64,000 bases of DNA from Actinomycetota bacterium (GTDB taxonomy: Bacteria; Actinomycetota; Actinomycetes; S36-B12; GCA-2699445), in the NCBI GenBank assembly GCA_029978705.1, contig JAPOIY010000013.1, positions 455-64,454 on the forward strand, given 5' to 3'. The notes beneath the pieces are model-generated. The model was not told the origin of the DNA. It ran no database searches and worked only from the letters and a program-made list of their open reading frames with translations. Shown here piece by piece: positions 29,806 through 39,732 of this stretch. How positions within the stretch are numbered: position 1 is the stretch's first letter; each line of letters starts with the position of its first letter. Position numbers and translations under genes: made by a program.

Positions 29806-30531
29806 ATGGAGACGCCGGAACAGTTCTCGCACTTGGTGCGCGCGCGGCGCAGTGTGCGCGACTTCCGCCCCGAGCCCGTTCCGCACCACGTTCTCGAGCG
29901 GGTCCTGGGCGACAGCACGTGGGCGCCGAGTTGGTCCAACACCCAGCCCTACCTGGTGGCCGTGGCCGAGGGCGCCCGACGGGACCAGCTCGCCGAAGAG
30001 CTCCGGCGTCAGTTCGATGCGGGTGTGGCCGCGCAGACCGGCGGCCCGTGGCACAAACTCCGGGCGCTGCTGACCCGCACGGGGCTCCCCAACGGCGACT
30101 TCGACACCACCCTCGAGTACCCCGCCGAGTTGCAGGCGTTCCGGCGGGCGACGGGTTTCGGCCTCTACGAGACCCTCGGCATCGACCGCGGCGACCGGAC
30201 CGCCCGCAACGCGCAGCTGAGGCGCAACTTCGACTTCTTCGGTGCGCCCGTCGCGGTGTTCCTCTTCGTTCACTCGGGCTTGCAGGAGTTCGCCGTCCTC
30301 GATGCCGGCATCTGGTTGCAGACGTTCATGCTGTCCGCCCAGGCCAACGGTCTGGCCACATGCGCGCAGGGGGCGCTGGCGACGTGGCCCGGCCCGGTGC
30401 GCAAGGCCTTCGACATCCCCGCGGCCTACAGGCTCGTCTGCGGGGTGTCGGTGGGGTATGCGTCGCCGCACGCCGTGAACGACTACAACCCGGGACGGCG
30501 GGCCCTGCCCCGGGCAGCCCCACGCCCCTGA
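29806..30531 (+). CDS. Nitroreductase family oxidoreductase
   Basis: RRSVRDFRPEPVP...APSWSNTQPY is the classic nitroreductase N-terminal motif. Start trimmed to ATG 29806 (METPEQF). Confidence 0.85.
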   Translation: METPEQFSHLVRARRSVRDFRPEPVPHHVLERVLGDSTWAPSWSNTQPYLVAVAEGARRDQLAEELRRQFDAGVAAQTGGPWHKLRALLTRTGLPNGDFDTTLEYPAELQAFRRATGFGLYETLGIDRGDRTARNAQLRRNFDFFGAPVAVFLFVHSGLQEFAVLDAGIWLQTFMLSAQANGLATCAQGALATWPGPVRKAFDIPAAYRLVCGVSVGYASPHAVNDYNPGRRALPRAAPRP

Positions 30532-30588
30532 CCCTCATAGACGTCTCCCTGATGGGTCGTCGTCAGTGCTTCCGGGCTAAGGTGCGGC

Positions 30589-32220
30589 ATGACACAGTCA
30601 CGTCTCCTCCCCCTGCTCCCCGTCGCGGTAGCGGTCGGCCTCCTGAGCGTTCCCGCCGGCGCGGCCACCGAGGCGCAGGGCGGCTCCCCCCAGATCCGTT
30701 GGACGACGTGTCCCCGGGAGGCCTACCCCGCACCCGAACTGGCCGACGCGTTGTACCCGCAACTCCAGTGCGGGACTTTCCGGGTCCCCTACGACTACGA
30801 CCGGCCGAACGGCAAGAAGTTCACACTCGCCCTGCAGAAACTGCCGGCGTTGGGCACGAAGGTCGGGACCCTCTTCACCAACCCTGGCGGTCCGGGGGCA
30901 TCGGGACGAAATACCTGGGTCCTGCCAGCCACGTCACCCTCCCTCCGCAGGTCCTTCGACCTGGTCGGATTCGATCCCCGCGGAGTCGGCGCAACCACGC
31001 CGGCCTTCGACTGCGATCCGGCCGCGGGAGAACCTCCCAACACCCCTGACGTGAACTGGGTCCGGTTCGCCGAGGAACAGGCGTCCCGGACGGCCAGGGC
31101 GAATCGGGCCTGTCAGCGCAAGAGCGCCGACTTCATCGCCCACGTCGGCACGAACAACGTGGTGCGGGACCTCGACGCGATGCGGGCCGCGGTCGGGGAT
31201 CCCCAACTCACCTACTGGGGGATGAGCTACGGCACGAGAATCGGCTACGTCTACGCCTACCGGTACCCGAAGAAGGTGCGGGCGATCCTCCTCGACGGGC
31301 CCGTAACGCCGGACGGAAGCTGGGCCAACTTCGCCGACGTGCGCTCCATCAGCAACGATGAGGCGCTGCGCTTCATCCGGGCGGTCAGCCCGGCGACCTA
31401 CGCGGCGATCATCTCCACCCGGAACAGCCTCTTCGCTTCCCGGCTCGGCATCGGTACCCCCGGCCACAGAATGCGGATGGGTGGGTACGACTGGCTCTCG
31501 CTGATCTCCAGCCGACTCCTGCTCCAGCAGGCCAACTGGCCGCAGATCACCAAACTGGCCGACGTGGTCGCGACGGCCCGCATCGTCGGCTCCGGCGGCG
31601 ACGATGCCCGCGCGCACCTGCGGCGGCTCTTCGGCGGTGCCGGCGCCGCGGTTGGGAGTCTCCCCGGACTTGCCCCCGACGGAGGGGCGAACTCCGCGAT
31701 CAACTGCGCCGACTACGCCGACCGGCCGTCCGCGCGGCGGCGCGCACGGATCGTGCGCAACGTCGTCTCGCAGGCGCCGGTTTTCGGGGGGTCGACCGCC
31801 GCCGGTGCGGTGTCCGCCTGTGTGGGGTACACCTTCCGCCCGGACCCGGTTCCGAAGATCGCGTCCCAGGCTTCCCTGGCACGCGTCGCGAACCTCAGAC
31901 TGGCCATCTCGGACTCGACGGCCGACGCCGCCACGCCGCTGGTGTGGGGCAGGGCGATGACCCGAGCCTTCCCCAGTTCCTTCGAGGTGACCCAGCGGAC
32001 CGGCAACCACGTCAACTTCCTGTCCACGGAGTCGAACTGCGTGGATGACCCGCTGCGGGAGTACCTCTTGACCCGCACGATGGCGCCGCGACGCACCATG
32101 TGCCTGTTCACCGCCCCCGCGGGCCTCGACATGGCGGCCGTGGCGGCCAGCAGGCACGAGGTGGACCCGAGGGCGGTCGCGGACACGATCCTGCGCAACA
32201 ACCGGCTGCGCGGGCAGTAG
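30589..32220 (+). CDS. Secreted alpha/beta hydrolase (tripeptidyl-aminopeptidase / S33-like)
   Basis: Signal peptide. NPGGPGASG oxyanion region, FDLVGFDPRGVG, and nucleophile elbow GMSYG. Confidence 0.85.
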   Translation: MTQSRLLPLLPVAVAVGLLSVPAGAATEAQGGSPQIRWTTCPREAYPAPELADALYPQLQCGTFRVPYDYDRPNGKKFTLALQKLPALGTKVGTLFTNPGGPGASGRNTWVLPATSPSLRRSFDLVGFDPRGVGATTPAFDCDPAAGEPPNTPDVNWVRFAEEQASRTARANRACQRKSADFIAHVGTNNVVRDLDAMRAAVGDPQLTYWGMSYGTRIGYVYAYRYPKKVRAILLDGPVTPDGSWANFADVRSISNDEALRFIRAVSPATYAAIISTRNSLFASRLGIGTPGHRMRMGGYDWLSLISSRLLLQQANWPQITKLADVVATARIVGSGGDDARAHLRRLFGGAGAAVGSLPGLAPDGGANSAINCADYADRPSARRRARIVRNVVSQAPVFGGSTAAGAVSACVGYTFRPDPVPKIASQASLARVANLRLAISDSTADAATPLVWGRAMTRAFPSSFEVTQRTGNHVNFLSTESNCVDDPLREYLLTRTMAPRRTMCLFTAPAGLDMAAVAASRHEVDPRAVADTILRNNRLRGQ

Positions 32221-32245
32221 CCACGCAGGGTCGACCTGTCCGGGG

Positions 32246-33613
32246 TCAGCGGCGCGGAATCCGTCGGGTGACGCAGCGGGAGGGCGCGGATCCTTCCGGG
32301 TTGGCGGCGGTGACGCACGCGGTATAGACCTTGCGGGGCTTGAGCCGGGTGAAGCGGGCCGTGCGGCCCATGGTGACGCGCAACAGGGTCTTGCGTTTGT
32401 ACGTCACCTTGACGCGGTACGACGTCGCCCCCGCCGCGGCGTTCCAGCGCAGAGCGAGGGAACGGTGCGCCACCGTGGCCGTCAGCCCGCTCACCGGTTT
32501 CGGGATGGTCGGGGTTGGGGTCGGGGTCGGGGTCGGTGAGGGGGTCGGACTGGTCACGGTGAAGGTCTGGGACGCGGGGGGAGCGGCGAGGTACCGCAGG
32601 TTGCCGGCCTGAGTGGCCGACACCGAGCATGTGCCGGCGCCGGTCAGTGTCACCTGAGCACCGGATGCCGTACACACCGACGCGGGACCCGCCGCGAAGG
32701 CGACCGGCAGCCCGGAGGTGGCGGTCGCGGTCAGCGGGACTCCCCGCTCGGCCAGGGACACGTCCGCGAGGGCGGGGAAGTCGACCGTCTGGGAACTGAT
32801 CGCCGTCAGCGCCTGCGGGTCGCGGGCGGCCAGGAAGGAGGTCCGCAGGTCGGATCCGTCGAGATTCGCGCGGACGATCTGACTCTGGGCCCCCGCGGTT
32901 GCGGTGCGCCGGCTCCAGAAGAGGTAGCCGTTGGCCACCCCCACGCCGGACAGGGTGGCGGGTGCGCCGGTGTCGGTCAGGAAGGCCGCGTTCGGGCCCG
33001 TGCCGTTCCACGTCATCCGGCCGATCCGGTTGCCCGTCTGCTGGGTCCAGTACAGGTAGGAGCCGTCGCCCGCCAACGCCGTGGCGCCCGTGGCGCCGGA
33101 CAGGTAGCTGGCGGTGGGAGGGCTGCTGGTCAGTGAGGCCCTGCCGATCCGGTCGTTGGTGGGATCCGCCCAGTACAGGGAGTCCCCGTTCACGAGCAGC
33201 CCGGCCGGGGACACCCCGGACAGGAACGTCGTTGGAGTCCGGCCGGACAGAGCGGCCCGGGAGATCGTGCCGGTGGTCTGGTCGCTCCAGTACACGGCCG
33301 TGTCGCTGACCGCCAGTCCGGCCGGCGTCCGGGGCGTGGTGATGAAGGTGGGATCGGCCGATGACCCGGAGATGGTGGCCCGCCCGATTCCCGTGGCCGA
33401 GGCCCAGTAGACGTGGGTATTCGTCGCCACGAGGGCCGTCGGGTCGACCCCGGTGAGGAAGGACTGGGTGGCGGCGCTGCCGTCGGAAGCGGCCCGGCCC
33501 ACCGTGTTGTCCCCGTCGTTCTGCCAGAAGACGTCGGCGTACCCGGCGTACCCGGGCAACAGCAGCGCACCGGCGACCCCCAGCACGGCGAACATCCGGA
33601 GCGTCGGCTTCAT
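32246..33613 (-). CDS. Secreted six-bladed YWTD-like beta-propeller / Ig-like / FN3-like protein
   Basis: Signal peptide. Six spaced repeats: VFWQND, VYWASAT, VYWSDQT, LYWADPTNDRIGR, LYWTQQTGNRIGR, LFWSRRT. These are followed by an Ig-like segment (GTCSVSATQAGNLRYLAA), a [14 protein letters not shown] linker, and a basic FN3-like C-terminus (LRWNAAAGATSYRVKV). Confidence 0.7.
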   Translation of the reverse strand: MKPTLRMFAVLGVAGALLLPGYAGYADVFWQNDGDNTVGRAASDGSAATQSFLTGVDPTALVATNTHVYWASATGIGRATISGSSADPTFITTPRTPAGLAVSDTAVYWSDQTTGTISRAALSGRTPTTFLSGVSPAGLLVNGDSLYWADPTNDRIGRASLTSSPPTASYLSGATGATALAGDGSYLYWTQQTGNRIGRMTWNGTGPNAAFLTDTGAPATLSGVGVANGYLFWSRRTATAGAQSQIVRANLDGSDLRTSFLAARDPQALTAISSQTVDFPALADVSLAERGVPLTATATSGLPVAFAAGPASVCTASGAQVTLTGAGTCSVSATQAGNLRYLAAPPASQTFTVTSPTPSPTPTPTPTPTIPKPVSGLTATVAHRSLALRWNAAAGATSYRVKVTYKRKTLLRVTMGRTARFTRLKPRKVYTACVTAANPEGSAPSRCVTRRIPRR

Positions 33614-33705
33614 GTCACCCCACAGTCGTCGTCGCGTCCGTCGAAATTCTCACTGTGCCACAGGGGTGCGGGTCTGTCGAAGGGGATTCGGGAGCCGACC
33701 GACCG

Positions 33706-33822
33706 TCAGCGGCAACGACAGCGCTGGTCCGCCGGGACGTTGGCGAGCACCTGGTCGACGTGTTGGCCGCATCCGCTGTAGGTGACCTTCTGGCAGGACG
33801 GACAGATGGCGGGACTGCACAT
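33706..33822 (-). CDS. Unlisted 38-aa cysteine-rich small protein (MCSPAICPSCQKVTYSGCGQHVDQVLANVPADQRCRCR)
   Basis: Below the 60-aa ORF-track cutoff. AGGAGGA lies 7 nt upstream of ATG 33822. 32 of 38 codons end in G/C, matching genome coding bias. Six Cys including CPSC and CRC. It occupies an otherwise empty 349-bp gap. Confidence 0.55.
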   Translation of the reverse strand: MCSPAICPSCQKVTYSGCGQHVDQVLANVPADQRCRCR

Positions 33823-33961
33823 GTCGGGTTCCTCCTGGGTGGGGTGCGGGCGGGAAGCGCGGCTCGCGATCGTGTCAGTCTATACCCCCCTGGGTATCGA
33901 CGGTGGGCACGGCCGGCCTCCCGCTACCCGGCCTGACCCGATGGGGCACCCTGGAGGAGCC

Positions 33962-35413
33962 ATGACCGACACCCTGCCGCCCGTCACCTTCGCCTCCACC
34001 CTGGACCGCATCACCGCGTCCCGGGAGGCGAATGCCCGCATGCGCCGGCCGCACCGCCGCGGCATCGACCGGCCCCCCGGGCCACCCCGAGCAGACATCT
34101 GGCGTGGGATCGCCCGACGGGAGGTGCCGTCCCTGGCCTTCGTCGAACAGTTCGCCGCCTACCAGCCCATGGCCTACGTCCGCATGCCGCGGGGGGACCT
34201 GTATGTCGTGAACGACCCCGACGTGATCTGGGAGGTCTTCGTCGGCGACAGCGGTGTGATCAAGGGTTTCGGATTGCAGCAGGCCCGCGCCGTCGTGGGG
34301 GACGGCATCCTGACCAGCGAGGGGGACAAACACCGCCGGCACCGGGCCATGGTGCAGCCGGCCTTCACCGGCCGCAGGATCGCCGGATACGGCGACGACA
34401 TGCTGTCCGCGATCGAGGCCACGGACGCGCGTTGGCAGCAGTTGGCCGACGCCGGCCCGGGTCGGATGGAACTGGTCGACGAGATGACCACGCTGACCCT
34501 CGACATCGTGGGGCGCACGCTGTTCGGGACGGACCTGGCCGCTGTCTCCGCTGAGGTCGCGCCCGCCCTCGCTCGCGCGCTGGGTGTCTTCAATCGCACG
34601 ATGAACCCCCAGTGGGAGTTGCAGAGCCGCTACCCGAGTCGGTCACGCCGCACTCTGACCGAGTCCGTCGATGTCCTCGACGGGGTCGTCGGCGCCATGA
34701 TCCAGCAGAAGCGGGCCGAGTTGGCGCGCGGTGACGCCCCACACGACATGATGTCGGTCCTCATCGAGGCGACGGACCCGCAGACCGGCGCAGGGCTGAC
34801 GGACAACGAACTGCGCGACGAGGTCATGACCCTGATGCTCGCCGGGCATGAGACCACTTCCATGCTGCTGTCGTGGACCTGGCTGCTCCTGTTTCGAAAC
34901 CCGGAGTGGAAACGCTGGGTGGCCCAGGAGTGGGACGCGGCTCCGGAGCTGGACGTGGCAGCGGTCTCCCACCTGCCGCGCACCCGCGCGGTGCTCGCCG
35001 AAGCCATGCGGCTCTACCCCCCAGCGTGGGTGATCGACCGCCTGACGACGGTAGACATCGAGGCCGGTGGCTACGTCATCCCGGAGGGCGAGGCGATTCT
35101 CGCCAGCCAGTGGAACATGCACCGGGACGCGCGGTTCTGGCCGCAGGTCCGGTCGTTCCGGCCCGACCGGTGGATCGCGTCTGACGGCGGTTACACCGAG
35201 AAGATCGTGCCGCGGGGCGTGTACTTCCCCTTCGGATTTGCGGCGCGCAAGTGCATCGGCGACCGCTTCGCCCTGACCGAGGCGGCCCTCGCGCTGGCCC
35301 ATCTGGGACGGCGCTGGCACGTCATTCCCGTAGCCTCCCGGGACGTGGTGCCCGAGCCGACCGTCACGTTGCGTCCCTCGACGTCGCTGCCGTCCCTGCT
35401 GCGTCGCCGCTGA
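33962..35413 (+). CDS. Cytochrome P450
   Basis: Heme-thiolate loop FGFAARKCIGDRFA, I-helix LMLAGHETTS, and ExxR (EAMRLYPP). ATG 33962 is preceded by GGAGGAG. Confidence 0.92.
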   Translation: MTDTLPPVTFASTLDRITASREANARMRRPHRRGIDRPPGPPRADIWRGIARREVPSLAFVEQFAAYQPMAYVRMPRGDLYVVNDPDVIWEVFVGDSGVIKGFGLQQARAVVGDGILTSEGDKHRRHRAMVQPAFTGRRIAGYGDDMLSAIEATDARWQQLADAGPGRMELVDEMTTLTLDIVGRTLFGTDLAAVSAEVAPALARALGVFNRTMNPQWELQSRYPSRSRRTLTESVDVLDGVVGAMIQQKRAELARGDAPHDMMSVLIEATDPQTGAGLTDNELRDEVMTLMLAGHETTSMLLSWTWLLLFRNPEWKRWVAQEWDAAPELDVAAVSHLPRTRAVLAEAMRLYPPAWVIDRLTTVDIEAGGYVIPEGEAILASQWNMHRDARFWPQVRSFRPDRWIASDGGYTEKIVPRGVYFPFGFAARKCIGDRFALTEAALALAHLGRRWHVIPVASRDVVPEPTVTLRPSTSLPSLLRRR

Positions 35414-35437
35414 AGTTCCTGCGCGCGGGCAGGCTCT

Positions 35438-35971
35438 GTGCGCCAGACTGGCCCCGTGTCCGTCGTGAGTGCCGGGTTGCTGCCCTACCGCCTCGTCGCC
35501 GGACACCTGCAGGTCTTCCTCACCCACATGGGCGGTCCGTTCTGGGAGCACAAGGACGAGGGGGCCTGGTCGATCGCGAAAGGCGAGTACGACCCCGCGG
35601 AGGAGAGCCCCCCCGACGTGGCGCGGCGCGAGTTCGCGGAGGAGGTGGGGCTGCCCGCTCCACCGGGCGACCTCGTGGACCTCGGGTGGGTGCGGGTGCA
35701 CAAGGCCAAAACAGTACGCACCTACGCCCTGGAGACCGACGCCGACCTGCGCTTCGTCAGCAGCAACCTCTTCACCATGGAATGGCCCCGCGGTTCCGGA
35801 CGCGTGGGGGAATTCCCCGAATGCGACGGCGCCGCCTGGTTCGATGCGGCCACGGCCCGCACCAAGATCATGCCGAGCCAGGTCCCCATCCTCGAGTCCC
35901 TCGCAGAACTCGTGGCATCACACCGTTTGAGGGATCGTTCCGGACGCCCGCGGAATACCCTGGCGGAATGA
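35438..35971 (+). CDS. NUDIX hydrolase
   Basis: Nudix box GEYDPAEESPPDVARREFAEEVGL fits GX5EX7REUXEEXGU. Confidence 0.85.
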   Translation: MRQTGPVSVVSAGLLPYRLVAGHLQVFLTHMGGPFWEHKDEGAWSIAKGEYDPAEESPPDVARREFAEEVGLPAPPGDLVDLGWVRVHKAKTVRTYALETDADLRFVSSNLFTMEWPRGSGRVGEFPECDGAAWFDAATARTKIMPSQVPILESLAELVASHRLRDRSGRPRNTLAE

Positions 35972-36609
35972 CAGCACTGCGTTTCCTGCCGATCCCGCTC
36001 ATGGCGGTTGGCGTCGCACTGGCCGCCCCCGCCAGTGCCGCCCAACCGGTCGCTCCCCCCGCCGGCTCCGTCGCCGACTCCACCATGCCCACGTTTCGGT
36101 GGACCGCCGATCACCCGGGGCAGTACTCCCGCTTCCTGATGACCGCGTCTCCGCAGGTGGGCGGGTCCAGCGGTGAGATGACCGCTCCCACACTCGACGT
36201 GAACGCCAACGCCAACGGCGAGACCAGTTACCGCCCCGTGGACCCCTTGGACGCGGGGACGGCGTGGTGGCAGGTGTGCGAGCAGGCACCCGACTTCTCC
36301 ACCTCGTGTTTCGCGCCCCGTGAGGTGATCATCCCCATCCACATGAGCAGTGAACGGCGGGTCTACAGCCGCGTGGACCGGTCCATCCGCATCACCCTCG
36401 TCGGAAACCTGTGGCGCGGCGCGACCGCACAGGTGACGGCTCGCGGACTCTCCTGGACCCGCACCTTCCGGGGCGAGACAGACAGCAACTCTCTGACCGT
36501 AGAGACGACCCGGGTCCCCCGCCGGGTGAAATGGGTGCGGCTGTCCGGAACGGTGACGGCGCAGGGCGCCACCCATCAACTCGCGCTGGCCCGCGTCCGG
36601 ACGCGCTGA
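35968..36609 (+). CDS. Secreted hypothetical protein
   Basis: ATG 35968 overlaps the NUDIX stop (ATGA). Signal peptide (LMAVGVALAAPASAA). Basic C-terminal half. No family recognised. Confidence 0.6.
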   Translation: MTALRFLPIPLMAVGVALAAPASAAQPVAPPAGSVADSTMPTFRWTADHPGQYSRFLMTASPQVGGSSGEMTAPTLDVNANANGETSYRPVDPLDAGTAWWQVCEQAPDFSTSCFAPREVIIPIHMSSERRVYSRVDRSIRITLVGNLWRGATAQVTARGLSWTRTFRGETDSNSLTVETTRVPRRVKWVRLSGTVTAQGATHQLALARVRTR

Positions 36610-36633
36610 ACACCCCCGGCCGGACGGCGAATC

Positions 36634-37485
36634 TCAGGCGTCGGGGACCCAGTTGAATTCGTCCGGGTCGGGTCCGGTGCGCTCGTCGCGTCCCAGGCCG
36701 GTGATGGCCGCCATGTCCGCGTCGGTCAACTCGAAGTCGAAGATCCGGATGTTCTCGATCATGCGTTCGCGGTGGGTTGTCTTGGGAAACACGATGTCTC
36801 CCCGCTGCACATGCCACCGCAGGACCACCTGCGACGGCGTGCGGGAGATACGTTCGGCGATGGCTACCACAGTGGGATCGGTGAGCACACGGCCCCGGGC
36901 GATGGGTGACCACGCCTCCACGGCGATGCCGTGCTCGCGACAGAAGTCCCGCAACCCGTCCTGCGGTAGGTACGGCTGCACCTCGATCTGGTTTACGGCT
37001 GGGACCACCTCCCCGGAGTCGAGCACGCGCTGGAGGTGCCGTTCGGTGAAGTTCGACACCCCGACTGCGCGGACCCGGCCGTCGTCGAGGAGCCGTTCCA
37101 TCGCACCCCAGGTATCGACGAAGTCACCCACCCCCGGCAGTGGCCAGTGGATGAGGAAGAGGTCGAGGTAGGCCATGTCGAGATCGGCCAGAGTCCGGTC
37201 GAACGCGGCGAGGACGGCTGCGGGGTCGTGGTACTGGTTGTTCAGTTTGCTGGTGATGAACACGTCGCCGCGGCCCAGGCCGCTGTCCCGAACGGCCTGC
37301 CCGACCCCGACCTCGTTGCCGTACATCTGGGCTGTGTCGATGTGGCGGTACCCCACGTCGAAGGCCGTGAGCACGGTGTCGCGGGTGTCGGCCGGGTCGA
37401 CCTTGAAAACACCGAAGCCCAGTTGCGGGATGGCGACGCCGTTGTTGAGCGCGATGTCGGGGATATCGGGGTTCACCGGATGCAT
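36634..37485 (-). CDS. Aldo/keto reductase (2,5-diketo-D-gluconate reductase-like)
   Basis: LNNGVAIPQLGFGVFKV, GYRHIDTAQMYGNE, LDLFLIHWP and AWSPIARG are AKR signatures. Start trimmed to ATG 37485. Confidence 0.9.
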   Translation of the reverse strand: MHPVNPDIPDIALNNGVAIPQLGFGVFKVDPADTRDTVLTAFDVGYRHIDTAQMYGNEVGVGQAVRDSGLGRGDVFITSKLNNQYHDPAAVLAAFDRTLADLDMAYLDLFLIHWPLPGVGDFVDTWGAMERLLDDGRVRAVGVSNFTERHLQRVLDSGEVVPAVNQIEVQPYLPQDGLRDFCREHGIAVEAWSPIARGRVLTDPTVVAIAERISRTPSQVVLRWHVQRGDIVFPKTTHRERMIENIRIFDFELTDADMAAITGLGRDERTGPDPDEFNWVPDA

Positions 37486-37527
37486 GACGCCAGCATGTCC
37501 CACCGAGTTGCCCCCTGCCACTCCACG

Positions 37528-37863
37528 TCAGACCGGGCGATGGGCGAACCACCACCAGACGGCCACGGCCACAGCAGCGGCCAACCAGACCCCGACCACC
37601 ACCAGCCAGGGTCGGGGCACGCGGCCGACCCAGTCCTTGGCAAGCGTGGCCGCCTGCTGCCCCCGGGCCATGACGCGTTCGGCCCAGACGAACTCGCTGG
37701 ACAGGATGGCGATGCCCGCGATGACGAACGGCAGCGTGAACGGCCCCGGAAGCACGATCAGCACGCCACCGAGCGCGAGCAGGGTGAGCCCGATCGTGAG
37801 GACCACCGACTTGCGAATGGGGCCCGGTACGTTCCGCCAGCGTTGCCGGAGGGACTCTCGCAC
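37528..37863 (-). CDS. PGPGW-motif small membrane protein
   Basis: GGVLIVLPGPFTLPFVIAGIAILSSEFVWA resembles the PGPGW transmembrane family. Start set to GTG 37863, which avoids overlap with the upstream peroxiredoxin gene. Confidence 0.6.
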   Translation of the reverse strand: MRESLRQRWRNVPGPIRKSVVLTIGLTLLALGGVLIVLPGPFTLPFVIAGIAILSSEFVWAERVMARGQQAATLAKDWVGRVPRPWLVVVGVWLAAAVAVAVWWWFAHRPV

Positions 37864-37882
37864 GTGGCTGGTCCCCGTCGGG

Positions 37883-38515
37883 TCAGACGGACGGCTGCGG
37901 GGTCCAGCGCAGGTACGGCTTGACCTCCTCGACGTCACCGAAGCGGGCGGTGGCGTCCTCGGTCGACAGGGTGGGAGCGACGATCACACGGTCGCCGGGC
38001 TCCCAGTCGACGGGGGTGGACACGGGGGCGGCATCGGTGAGCTGGAGGGCATCGACCGTGCGCAGGATCTCCGAGAAGTTGCGCCCGACGGACTTCGGGT
38101 AGGTCAGGGTCAGCCGGACCTTGTTGCGGGGATCGATGATGAAGACGGAGCGCACCGTCGACGTGTCGCCCTCTCCCGGATGGATCATGTCGTACATCTC
38201 GGAGACGGTCCGGTCCGGGTCGGCGATGATGGGGAAGTTCAGATCGGTACCGCCGACGTCGCCGATGTCCCCGGCCCAACCGCGGTGATCCTCGATCGGG
38301 TCGACGGAGATGGCGATGCACTTCACGCCGCGCTTCTCGAACTCGTCCGCCAGGGCGGCGGTGCGACCCAACTCGGTGGTGCACACGGGGGTGTAGTCGG
38401 CGGGGTGGCTGAAAAAGACCGTCCACTGACCGTCCTTCCAGTCGTGGAAGTCGATACTGCCGTCGGTGGTCTCGGCGGTGAAGTCGGGAGCTTCGTCGCC
38501 CAGGCGGATGGTCAT
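37883..38515 (-). CDS. 1-Cys peroxiredoxin (Prx6 subfamily)
   Basis: FSHPADYTPVCTTEL peroxidatic Cys motif. 210 aa. GAGGAGA Shine-Dalgarno. Confidence 0.92.
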   Translation of the reverse strand: MTIRLGDEAPDFTAETTDGSIDFHDWKDGQWTVFFSHPADYTPVCTTELGRTAALADEFEKRGVKCIAISVDPIEDHRGWAGDIGDVGGTDLNFPIIADPDRTVSEMYDMIHPGEGDTSTVRSVFIIDPRNKVRLTLTYPKSVGRNFSEILRTVDALQLTDAAPVSTPVDWEPGDRVIVAPTLSTEDATARFGDVEEVKPYLRWTPQPSV

Positions 38516-38592
38516 TGGGTCTCCTCAGGTGTCGGTGAGGGAAGGTTACGAGCCGTCCGGGGCAGGCGGTTACCCCTGGGGGTAGCGCCAGC

Positions 38593-39732
38593 TCAGGCGT
38601 GAGTCCCGGCCTTCCAGTCCTTCCACGAGATGTTCCAGGGGCCGCCGAGGCCGTTCCAGGTCTCCATGTATCGGTCGCTGCCGGTGGTGACCACCGGATC
38701 CCCCACCATGAGGTTGTCGTACATCCACCGGCCGTCGTCGTAGGTGAGGTTGGTGCAGCCGTGGCTGGTGTTCACCGACCCGACGTTGTCGTTCCACGGG
38801 GCCGCATGCAGGTACTCGCCGGTGTCGGTCAGACGCATCGCGTACGGAACCTGCAGGTCGTAGAACTCCTCGGTGACCCCTTGGTTGGTCATCCGTACGA
38901 CCTCGTTGCGGTCCATCACCACCTTGATTCCGGAGCGGGTGCTGAATCCGGGCCGGCCGCCGCTGACCCCACCGGTGCGGATGGTCCTGCCGTCCCGGGT
39001 GGCGGCGTAGCTGTGGGAGGCGAGATCGACATTGACCACCATGCGGCGGCCGGTGTGCCAGGTCGTGGCGACGGTTCGGGACGCCCACGAGTCGCGACTC
39101 AGCCGGACCCCCGCCAGTGCGGCGGTGACGTGGATCTTGGAGTCGGCGGGCCAGAACCTACGGCCCCGGTACACCACGGTCTGGTCGTCCACCCACGACC
39201 ACATCCCGGGCCCCCGACCGCCGTCGACCCGCACGTCCAGCGCCTGTTGAACGGCCTTCTTCTTGGCGACCGGCGCGTCGAAGCTCAGGGTGACGGGCAT
39301 GCCCACGCCGTAGGTCCCGCCCTCGGGACTGAGCCAGACGTCGGTGGTCTCGTTGTCGCGGGCAGCCCGGACGGTCCACTTCTTCGTCCAGGTACGGAGC
39401 CCATCGGCGCCGTTCGTCTCGACCGACATGCGGTACGAGCGCCCCGGCGCCAGTGCCTGGGTCCGCAGGGAACCGTTGTGGACAGCCAGAGGAAGCTCGC
39501 GGCCCCGGCTGACGAGTTCCGCGCTCAGGACGCGGGCGTTGCGGATGGTGGCCCCCGCGCGGTCGCCCGGGTCACTCGGAATGCTGAACAGAACCGAGGT
39601 GGGGGGCGGGGCCACGACGGGAGCGACGGACAGGACAGGTCCCCCGGTGGCGCTGGTGGAGTGGCCGGAGCAGCCCGCCGTCGCCGTGATCACGAGAGAG
39701 ACGGTGATCGCCGCCTTGCCGAATTGCTTCAC
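38593..39732 (-). CDS. L,D-transpeptidase lipoprotein (YkuD domain)
   Basis: ORF 38593-40206 trimmed to GTG 39732 ([21 protein letters not shown] lipobox). Catalytic motif HAAPW...TSHGCTNL. Confidence 0.9.
   Translation of the reverse strand: MKQFGKAAITVSLVITATAGCSGHSTSATGGPVLSVAPVVAPPPTSVLFSIPSDPGDRAGATIRNARVLSAELVSRGRELPLAVHNGSLRTQALAPGRSYRMSVETNGADGLRTWTKKWTVRAARDNETTDVWLSPEGGTYGVGMPVTLSFDAPVAKKKAVQQALDVRVDGGRGPGMWSWVDDQTVVYRGRRFWPADSKIHVTAALAGVRLSRDSWASRTVATTWHTGRRMVVNVDLASHSYAATRDGRTIRTGGVSGGRPGFSTRSGIKVVMDRNEVVRMTNQGVTEEFYDLQVPYAMRLTDTGEYLHAAPWNDNVGSVNTSHGCTNLTYDDGRWMYDNLMVGDPVVTTGSDRYMETWNGLGGPWNISWKDWKAGTHA

Noticed and set aside
33706-35413. Small Cys-rich ORF plus P450 as a P450-modified RiPP (biarylitide/atropitide-like) cluster
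   Set aside because: The peptide gene is divergent from the P450, not upstream and co-directional with it. I found no aromatic-rich core such as YxH/WxY, and no transporter or protease partner. No mini-ORF with a ribosome-binding site lies directly 5' of the P450 apart from an in-frame alternative start. The small ORF is kept as a stand-alone finding.
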